Shown: piece after piece, positions 50,801 through 60,563 of the stretch
How positions within the stretch are numbered: position 1 is the first letter of the stretch
Layout of the letters: each line of letters begins with the position of its first letter
Assembly: GCA_965637545.1 (NCBI GenBank)
Contig: OZ281500.1
Coordinates: 18,910,001 to 18,974,000 of the forward strand
Direction: 5' to 3'
Origin: Phallusia mammillata
Lineage: Eukaryota
Length of the DNA stretch: 64,000 nucleotides
Notes under the pieces: generated by a model
What the model saw: the letters and a program-made list of their open reading frames with translations, nothing else
What the model was told of the DNA's origin: nothing
Databases searched by the model: none
Made by a program: the position numbers and the translations under genes

Positions 50801-52098
50801 ATATGTTACATGGCAGTTGACGACACAAGTTTCGACTGCATATAAACTTAGCTTACACATTGTGTTTGTCAGTTTTAATGTTGCTGCTTGGTTGACATAT
50901 TACTGGGAATTTTCGCGGGAGGCAACGTGATGGGGTAATAGAATAAAGGCAGTGATGGGATTCAACTCATCACTGCCTTTATTCTATTACCCCAGCCGGT
51001 TCTATCACAAAAGTAATAATTTTCAGCCGGTTCTGTTACCAAAAGTCCATTTACAGTAGTAACCAGTGATGCTAACCGGTTTGCTCATCTCATAAAAAAA
51101 AACGGTTCTACAGAACCGGTACAAACCGGCTGAATCCCACCGCTGAATAAAGGCCCTCTATAATAAAGTTTTTTTTGTGTGTGCAGATAATTTGTACGTT
51201 GGGGACCACAGATATTGACCTTAAAAGAAGCTTTATACAACACACATTGCCATTGAGCTCAAACAGCGATTGCTAAAACTGCAATAAAGTGCATTTTGAC
51301 TTTTTTGGTAGTTTTGTTTTTCGCTACAAGTTGATGTGCGTTTTCCGTTTTATCTTTTGTAATCTCCATCTACGCAATATGCCACGACTTTCACTTGCAA
51401 CAGTTCGATTGCTCATCGCATTTGTGACAAACAGGACTCGTATGTGTTATGGATTGGTATTTTAACACCTTTTCAACCGCACGTCCGCGGTCAACAAGTA
51501 CAGCATGTGCGAAAAGGGAAATGAAAAACACATTCAATTTTGGTTTTTATATATTGATTGTATTTTTTAAATTCAACAAACAAATAACTGCCACTTAACA
51601 AACAGTCTTGTACGTTGCCTAGAAACTTGGACCAATATGACTTTGCCTTCAAATGATCCTACAATGTAAACGAAAATGCTTTATTCCAGTTGCAGCAATA
51701 AAAAGCCCAAATTTATTGTCAGCCCAGACGTTTATTGGCAATCTGATTTGCATACTTGCAAATATCAGCTACAAATTACGCAAACGGACAATGACCGGCA
51801 ACCAATCAACTGCGGTAATTTGGTAATTAAAATATCCCCGGCGGCAAGAGATGCATTCTCTCCTGAAAACCGACCATTACAACATCTCTTTGTGTGAGTT
51901 AAGTACGAAAGTACAATAGAAGAAAGAGAAAATTCCTTCTTGGTAAAAGCTAAAACAATTAACACGACACCGCAGTTGTACCGATTATTTGGTTTGTACG
52001 AGTCGTGCAAAAAAACAAGTAGAAAAGTCGTTTTGTAAAAGATTTAATAGAACTAAACGGAGGACTTACTTGTTACGAAAGAACTTGGACATTGCCAG

Positions 52099-54917
52099 AT
52101 GTCCGCCGAAATCAATGTGATCATCTATCAGGGTCCGACTAGAAAATTCAGCTCGAGGAATCAGAAATGTATATCGGCTCTTCTTATCATAACCGGAATA
52201 TGCGTTGGATTCAATATCTCGATGTTTACCTCAGAGAACCACGCAGCGACCAAAATAAGTAACAGAAACGGAAAACAGTTTACGGCATTTTCAGCACTCC
52301 CAACGTAAGTGTTGACTTTTGTACAGTAGTTTTGCTAATAGAGTTCTCGCCCTAAGAAGTAGCCTAACTCGGAATTGACAAATTGTCAAGCATTTTTCTA
52401 CTGACCAAGACTTTAAATGACACTTTTTGCGCAATGTTTTAGGAGACCTACCTTTGAGGCAGATGAAAATTCATTACTTCCAAAAAACTTTGCAGAAAAT
52501 GTTTCACAGAACAGCGCTACTAAGCGGTTAATTTTGCGGTAAGTTTATAATCCTCAACACATCTGCCAAAATTTTGCATGACGTCTTTAATTTCTATGTT
52601 ATTTACCTTTTTATGAATAAAATACAAGTAGATGATGTAGAATATTGCAATCATCAGGTATAAACGTTAAAAAACACTTTTCGTACACCATAACTTGCGT
52701 ACCACGAAAATGATGATATTAAATTAAATTAGCTTAACTTGCATTTAAGTAGTTTAGAGTTATGTTGTATATTTGTTGTATTATATTCATGTTGTAATAT
52801 TCGTTTCCAGTCCCAGTAGAATCGAAAGTTTCGTGAAAAACAGACGGACGAAGATATTTATGATGTTCCTGGTCAAGTCAGCTTGTCATCTACGGGAAAG
52901 ACGAAACCAGGTTCGAAACACGTGGGGAACAGTGGAAAAGGTCAACCAACAAGAGTAAGCTACTGCATACTAAAATATATTTGTGACATACACCGTTTTG
53001 TTATCTCCTGACTTGTTTTTTTACCATTGGAACGACAAATGTGTTTAAGGATAGGTCATATACTTCGTGGAGTTTTATTTTTATAGTTCAAGAGTGTATA
53101 AGTTGGTCACTTATGGGTAGGCCTTTGTCCCAAATATCTAAATGCAGAGCCATGAAAAAAATCTATAAAAGCGACATTTCATTATGCCATGTATTTTTAA
53201 CAGTCACTTTGAATTTAACTGGTCAAGTCTACACGCATTTTTGCTACCTGTTTTTACGACAGCATCGAAAAGTCCAATTATTTTTTTTAAACCAAGTTTT
53301 TAGATTAATGTGGCGACCCTACTTTGCAACAAATTTAATGCTTTTAACTTTACGTTTTCAAATGCTTTTAACTTTACGTTTTTGGGGCTGTAGCGTCAAT
53401 TAAAAATATGAGGAACTGAGCATGCCTTAAATATTTGGTTAAGTATATATTCTGTGAAAATACTGTGTACAGCGGTTAATTCTGTTTGGCCTAGAGTTTT
53501 ATACACTGGATTTTGAATTTTATTGATATAGAGAACAGTAATCACCGGAAAACTGCTGCTGTAAGTTTGATTTTACTTCAAACTAGACTTTATTTTTTTT
53601 CAAATATTAATCTTTTTCCAGATTTGCGGTTATCTTTTTAGTTGGAATAGCAGACGAAGAATGTCAGCGTCATTTGGTCAAAGAATCAAACGAATTCGGC
53701 GACATTCTGCAAGCTGACATTCCTGACGATTACCACAACCTTCCCGACAAAGTGTTGGCGGGCTACCGATGGGTGGCGCAAGAGACACAAGACGTCAGTG
53801 ATTTCTATGTCTTTGTCGATGACGACTGCGTGGTGAACGTCGTCGCGGTTCACGACTACTTCTACACGAACCACGTGACTTTGACAAAAAACAGCAGTTT
53901 TTTGTGCGGTCTAGCATATAATGATCATGCAAAACCGATTAGGTAAGAATGATTTTAAATCACTTTTACTCATATTGCGGTGGCTAGATAGAAAAAAGTA
54001 CAATGTGTTGCCTGTATTATTCACAGTACGCCAGGCCTGCGTCGTTATGTCAGTCAGAGACAACCATAAAAGTACACCAGTAAACCTGTTAAGGTTCTGT
54101 AGTAAAATTTTCATTGCTGTGGAATGAACCATAGCATAATCCGCGAAACGATATTTTGTACGCACTCTAAGATGTTTGTTGCATAGAATGTGCTTACAAC
54201 AAATATAAACTGTTAGCTTTCAGCAATATAAATTGCAATAGATCACTGTAAATCACTAGATGTGATATGAACAACTATAGTTACCTTGCGTGTTACGTTT
54301 TCCGTCTCCTGCTGGTTTGGGGCAAAGTGATAAATCGTGATAAATATGTATGATACAAATTGGATCTGTAATGTTTTGCCTTTAAAAACGGTTGTTTCGG
54401 CAAATAATTGATTATTTGTTTCTGCAGACCAAACCAAACAGACATTACCAGCGAAAAATACGTTGTATCTTATGAGACTTACTCAAAGCCGAACTATCCA
54501 ACTTTTTGTCATGGCGGGATGACAGCTCTTACATTTTCGCTGCTCGACAAAATCTTCCTGATGTCAGAAAAGACCAACCGCAGCGACTTTCACTTAGAGG
54601 ATGTATACATTTCGGGCATCCTTCGCAGCAAATTAAACCAGGGTTACAAAAACATTCAGCCAGTGGGTTTCGACGGCACCAAGCGAAAATCGTTGGTTGC
54701 GGCTGGAAGCTTTATTTGGCATGTTGGTGATCTTAGAAACACGAAGCATGCTTTTGCTGCGGTTTGGGGCAGCATGCTGAAGTTGGTAGAAGTAAAGGTG
54801 GGCAATGAGACAATAAAAGGACCCTTGAACGCCCTAACTCATGTCACTGTGCAGTTGAACAAACGAGGACTACCCTTTACAAAACAGTCAACTCGTTTGT
54901 TACGTAAACTTGGATAG
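52099..54917 (+). CDS. beta-1,3-galactosyltransferase-like (GT31) protein 2, 5 exons, ~418 aa
   Basis: Exons 52099-52304, 52443-52538, 52811-52954, 53622-53942, 54428-54917 (1257 nt). Signal anchor CISALLIITGICVGFNI. Motifs FLVKSA..RERRNQVRNTWG, ESNEFGDILQ, VDDD, YPTFCHGG, LEDVYISG. Confidence 0.9.
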
Positions 54918-55269
54918 CAAGTTCCATTCCACACAGTTTCCATTCAAGCGATTTTTTAATTAGCGTCAGCAGTGCCCTTGTTTGAAAAACGGATCGCCTT
55001 AGCAACGGCTTTGACATGTACTTTGTTTAAACGTACAAGGATAAAATTATATTTCAACTATTCACTGTAAAAAAGTTGTAGATTTTACCGTTCTCTGCGC
55101 CGTAAAATGTTTACGGGTTGACACGTGATATTTTTTTACGGGTAAAAGGCAGTAAAAATGCGGATTTTGAAATTACTTGAAAGTCCATCTAAAGCAGTAG
55201 TTCTCAACGAGGGCGCAAGCGACACCCTGGGTCGTTTGCTATCATTAGGGGGCACTTTTTTTTTTTTTT

Positions 55270-55730
55270 TTCTGCTTACGAACAACGCGAACAATGCTCT
55301 TTGTTACTGTGCAGGGGTGCACAACCATTTTGCTAGGACGGCCGCATCGCAGATTTTGCACAGATTGAGCTGTGCAGCGAGGAAGTAGGTCTTAAGTGTT
55401 TATGATGTCATAATCTATATTGTGATGCTTGTGGTACCTGTTTTGTTCGCATTGTTGGCACACAATAGGCATACAAAAAGTCTGACACATATGGTTATTA
55501 GGCTAGTATTACTCTTTTCAGTACCACAAAAACTGTTTAGAGCAGTTGAAAACACCCCAACCTAAGTTTAACCTTCCAGTGTTTTGATACTGCCGTTTTT
55601 AGCGACTATAGACACAAAAGTTTGACAAAAACGAGTATTTGTATTGTATATCAAAAAGACCTTCGTCGAACCCCTAATTCGGCGTTGCCGAACCCCTGGG
55701 GTTCGATCGAACCCCGGTTATGTACCACTG
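55270..55730. mobile_element. 5'-truncated hAT (Charlie-like) non-autonomous element; complementary copy at 59753-60563
   Basis: A core of about 300 bp is shared with 60075-60563. It ends in GGTTATGTACCACTG (right-TIR-like) with CCGAACCCCT subterminal motifs, which also follow the left TIR CAGTGGTTCTTAACC at 59753. Confidence 0.7.
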
Positions 55731-56386
55731 CTATAGATTAAAACTGCGATGTTTTAGCTACTTTTTAAACACCCAGCTACCAATGATATCAATAGAGAAT
55801 ATACAAGTAATGGCATTCCAAATCAGTCACCGAAACCGTGCTAGGCCTTATGAGCACCGTAAACTTGACTGCTGATGCGTTAATAAGGTATTACAAGCGC
55901 CAGTTGTTTAGTCATTTTTAAAGGTCGAAGTTCTCTGAAGGTCAATTAACCAAAAACAGAAAATTGAAAATGACATTATTTTGTTAGACCTGGGAGTATA
56001 CAAATACAAAGAAAATTATTGAGTGCAGTTGGTATGTAAACAGGATAGGTACAAATGACCGCTAAGTAGTTTTAAGAGACCGCAAGTGTTACTTTTCTAT
56101 TCTACTGTAGTTGCAAGTCCAAATTTTGGGAAACCGCTGGAGAAATTTGGGGGACCGTTTCGGTCGCCCAAAACACCTTAAAAAAACACTGGCGTACAAT
56201 TACCTGTTTAACGAAATTATTTGAAATTCGACAAATGTTGCTGCATAAATATAACTTACAGAAGTCACTTAAGTAACCGCTGATCTGCTCATAAAAACCT
56301 CGTAATTTTCTTTCACATAGAAACAAATTAGTGAAGAAGTGTGAAGCAAGTCGAAAATAACGTCTTTAGCTAGTTAAGTGTAGGTT

Positions 56387-57420
56387 TAGGGTTGGGCAAC
56401 GAGTCCTATCAGTCGAGTCTTAAGTCGAGTCCAGCCAGTAGAGGTTCGAGTCCCAAGTCAAGTCAAGTCATTAGATCAGGGGTCTTCAACCTTTTTAGCG
56501 AAATCGCCCCCTTTACAGGGCACTGACTCACAAATCGCCCCCTATGAGGTTGTTTATTGCGTAAAAGTTCTTGCCTCTTAAGCATATGAAACAGTAGCAT
56601 GCTCAAGCTGATGCGCCTCTTGTTCCTGGTGTTTGTTTGTGGAATAAAATCCAAAAAAATAGTGTCAAATGACTTTTTGCTTTGCAGTTAGTTGTACTAC
56701 ATTTTTATTTTTAGCGGAACAGTTTCTTGATAAAAAAAATACTTCTTTTTAAGCATGGGTGATACGCGGTGACGATGCGTAACAATAAAGTGGTACGAGA
56801 CCGCACAATGGTTGGGAATTATTGGAAGTTTATGCGCATTCGATACATTTCATCGACATGCAATTCAATTGCGTCCAAAATCGATAGAGCGTACAAGACA
56901 TTTCCCATTGTCGACACGCTTGAAACAAGTGGTTTGAGACGCTTCACGGTACAAATACGCTTACAGGAACTTTTTTGTGCCGAGGTTTACTGTGTAGAAA
57001 ATATTATTTGATTATTTGAAATGATTAAAAAAATTATTTGATAAATTTTCAAATAATTAAAAATTTGAAATAATCAAATAATTATTTGTTTGATAACAGC
57101 CCTAACTTCAAGTAATACGCATCAGTTGGACCATTCGATTTGCTCAAGTGGCTGCAACGCTAATGCAACCGAAATAAAGTTTTTGCATGCAGTAGCGACT
57201 TTGTTACGTGTATATAATTACGTAAAAATTAAGCAAAAATAACTACGCCTCGTGAATAGAAGTGCCGCTGTTGTTAGGTTGTAGCCAACTGGACACGTTC
57301 TGTTAAGAAAATTTTTTTTTCGTTGGTGGTGTACCGAATCCGAGTCAAGTCAAGTCTCAAGGTGTGACAAGTCCAAGTCAAGTCAAGTCTTTTTACATCT
57401 GATACTCGAGTTACAGTGTT
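56387..57420. mobile_element. composite of nested TIR-element fragments (CAAGT/CGAGTC subterminal arrays)
   Basis: Left end TAGGGTTGGGCAACGAGTC with CAAGT/GAGTC arrays at both ends. A second left TIR CAGGGGTCTTCAACC at 56477 and a right end ACAGCCCTA near 57103. No intact TSD pair found. Confidence 0.55.
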
Positions 57421-57728
57421 GAAAACACATTTGACGAGTTGACTTTTTTTCGTGTTGTGACCGAGTTTATCACAATGTTGCTCCGTATGCTGTGTCGTTA
57501 GGACTGATAGATTTGACGCTTGTCAAGTATTACCAATAGCTGAAGTAAGTAGTCATCATAAATGATTAAGTCAAGGTTCGGAAAGCAGCTGCCTACCAAC
57601 GGGTTTTGGCCACAAAAATTCATGGTTACTGTGAAGTTGCTGGACGATATGATGTTTGCAGGACGCTTTCTAGTCGTAAGCAAATAATTCCAATTTTTTT
57701 TACAGAAAGCATATTTTGTATTGCTACT

Positions 57729-58744
57729 ATGCAAACGCTGTTGAAGATAAAAAAGAGGAGCGGTGATCGCAAACAAGAGATGAAGCGGATTAAGCGTTAT
57801 ACGGGATTTCTTGCTCTTTTCATAGCATGCTCATGCTCAATGTTGTACATTCTGCTCTATGTGACAGCTACACATACAATCCTAAGGTAAATAGTTAAGT
57901 CGAAACATAATACATTCGCAGGGGATATTTCTTTGGTGTAGATCTGTGGTCTGACAAATTTTGCTGTAGCGATCCAAACTAGACAGCGTGAAACACCTCA
58001 TGGTCGACTGTTCACGTTTTTGACTTCAAAATTTTGACTGACAAAAAATTGTGCTTTTCAAAGCATCTCCCAATGTGTGTGCTCAAACTTCAAAATCCTA
58101 TTTGCGAAACTAGAAACATGATTTGCTAAAGACATCTAAAGGCCATTCTTTCAAATTGTCTAATTATCGATCGACGACTGGTATAAACAAATCATTAACT
58201 AGCAACCGCGTTCTTTGAACTCAGTTTTTTGCTGTTCTTGCAGCGACAAGGAAGGCGCAAAATGTCGCACACAAAAAACTTGCCGGGCGTCTTACATTTT
58301 ATAATCTTGCTTTTTGCGTTGTTTTGGTATTTTTACTTTTCACACGTTCACTTGAACTGAATTATAAAAGAAAACTGAATTATGGATTGCAAAGTATGGC
58401 TAAAACAGTTTTGAAACTTATTTTTATGCCCATAGTATTATACCTTTTCACCTCTTAATAATAACGTACAAACACGAGTTTAGCCTGTTCATAAAATACA
58501 ACATATATCAGTCTGCATAGGTAATTACTGTATAGGTCGTTTTAATAATGCCTTTGCAATCTACCATTTTGGGAATTGGTGTCATTTTAACGTTAATAAT
58601 TTTGGTTTCATATTTTTATAGATCAAGGGAAACGGAACCGGTAATGCTTAAGAGGCACGCGGGAAATTTTACGGTTACATCGCTACCTGGGAACTTCAGT
58701 CGCAATGCTGCGCCAAATCAGCCCGCAAGACATTTTACCAATAG
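57729..58744 (+). CDS. 5' end of a type II membrane protein gene (signal anchor plus stem), possibly a further glycosyltransferase; 3' exons not found in window
   Basis: Exon 57729-57886 (basic tail, then TGFLALFIACSCSMLYILLYV, ends AG|GTAAAT, phase 2). Exon 58622-58744 (phase 2-2, two N-x-S/T sequons, ends AG|GTAAGA). This is the same phase pattern as exons 1-2 of both GT31 genes. No catalytic exon identified. Confidence 0.55.
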
Positions 58745-58751
58745 GTAAGAT

Positions 58752-59038
58752 CAGTGGTTCTCAACCATGGCCCACTGGTGAGCCACGGAAGCATTTTGAT
58801 TGGGCCACAGACCAACCAAATAGAAAGCTTTTTTAAGAATTTACTTTCATTTGTATCACTACACTCAATTTTACAAGAATAATGGCTTGGGGAGGAATTG
58901 AGAGGGAATATTTTTGTTTTGTTTTTTGTTCTGAACCTATTTTATAGTTGATTTCTTTCTATCTTAAAAATTTACTGGGCCACAGATTTTTTTTGCAATG
59001 GAAGTGGGCCACGAAAGAAAAAAGGTTGAGAACCATTG
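58752..59038. mobile_element. hAT (Charlie-like) MITE inserted at a splice donor (287 bp)
   Basis: TIRs CAGTGGTTCTCAACC / GGTTGAGAACCATTG. Perfect TSD GGTAAGAT (58744-58751, 59039-59046). Confidence 0.9.
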
Positions 59039-59752
59039 GGTAAGATCATGGTCCCAAGAAAACGTTTGATGGTTTACTGTTTTTAATTCTTCTTTCCTCA
59101 GTTATTTGTGTGGCAAACCTGACTTTCATTTCTTCTAAGCAAATTCTCAAGTTATTTAGCAGTGCGGTAAAAACCGCTATGCGATGTGGCCTTAATGTGA
59201 AAAGTTGAAGTTTCGATTTGCTGCTCTTATGTAAATGCGTGCCACACTGGCTTACTTGTTTTTAACACCACACAGTCCTAACAATTAATTCCACTATGAA
59301 TTGCTGGATTACTTAAGATCCTGCAACTAACATTTGCCACCGAAATATAAGTTTTATGGATAAAAGACTGGTTTGCATTACTTTGCACCTATTGGATGAA
59401 AAACTTTATAAAATAATTTGTAACTTGGTGTATGGAACGCAAAGAAAGCCAAGGTCTGACTCACGTCACGCTTCACGAATTACGTCACGCTTCACGTTAG
59501 GGTACTGCACAGGAATGTTGCGTAAACCAAACGCAACTTGGCTCAGTGCTCAGGGCAATTATTGTAAAGTAGAATGGCATATTATGTCGAAGTTAAATCC
59601 ACATTAATTATTTTTCTCCCTTCCTCAAGTATTTGATCTTTAGGAGTCATGAACACATTTTATAATCGACTCACCAATAATGTGGCTTTATCACACAAAA
59701 CCTGTAGTTAATTGTTACATCACACAACGCCATGGGGCCGCTTGTGCTATGG

Positions 59753-60563
59753 CAGTGGTTCTTAACCTTTTCATAACGGCCGAACCCCTACGATATTCTT
59801 CAGCCTTTGGTCGAATCCCAAAGTTACATCCCAGGTTTTTGCCACATTTTCTTTGGTGGGTCATAATTAGTTTTTGTTCAAACGTAGTGGCAACAGTTAC
59901 TGTTTGTCATTTTGTTAAATTCTGACATAATAGTGCAAGCATCTTGTTCATGATTGCTTTAATTCCGGCAATTTTTTGTTTTTACCAAAATGAAGCATTG
60001 TATTTTTAGCATCTGTACACAAACATGAAAAAGATAAAGAAGTAAGATTTTGCTGCCAACAAAATTTCGTTTTGTTTCTGCTTAGTAACAAGGCGAACAA
60101 TGCTCTTTGTTACGTCAAAAAAGAAATTAAAACCTTAGTGCAGGGGTGCACAACCTTTTTGCTAGGACGGCCGCATCGCAGATTCTTATTTCACCAACGG
60201 CCGCCATTTACCTGCTTATTTTTGTTTAAAAAAAACTTGGTTGATATTATGTATTTACCATCTAATAGCGCCACAAAACGCCCAGATTAATCTAATAGCG
60301 CCCAAAAGCGAAGATTAATTTCTAGCTCGGTGCACAGATTGAGCTGCACAGCGAGGAGATCAGTGTTCAAGTGTTTATGATGTCATAATCTATATTGTGA
60401 TGCTTGTGGTACCTGTTTTGTTCGCATTGTTGGCACACAATAGGCGTACAAAAAGTCTGACACATATGGTTATTAGGCTGGTAATACTCTTTTTAGTACC
60501 ACAAAAACTGTTTAGACCAGTTGAAAACACCCCAACCTAAGTTTAACCTTCCAGTGTTTTGAT
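59753..60563. mobile_element. 3'-truncated hAT (Charlie-like) non-autonomous element
   Basis: Left TIR CAGTGGTTCTTAACC. The distal ~490 bp is shared, with indels, with 55270-55589. Confidence 0.7.

Noticed and set aside
56440-56460. GGTTCGAGTCC B-box suggesting a tRNA or SINE
   Set aside because: It is part of a CGAGTC/CAAGT subterminal array, with no A-box or acceptor stem.
57676-57705. 30-nt GTAAG...TTTTTTTTACAG micro-intron in ORF 57606-57890
   Set aside because: It is far shorter than any other intron here (minimum 66 nt), and the upstream ORF starts at TTG. The AG is better explained as a 5'UTR or trans-splice acceptor.
59484-59560. GYCTGMLRKPNATWLSAQGNYC as exon 3 of the 57.7-kb gene
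   Set aside because: The available acceptor gives phase 1, but the preceding exon ends in phase 2.
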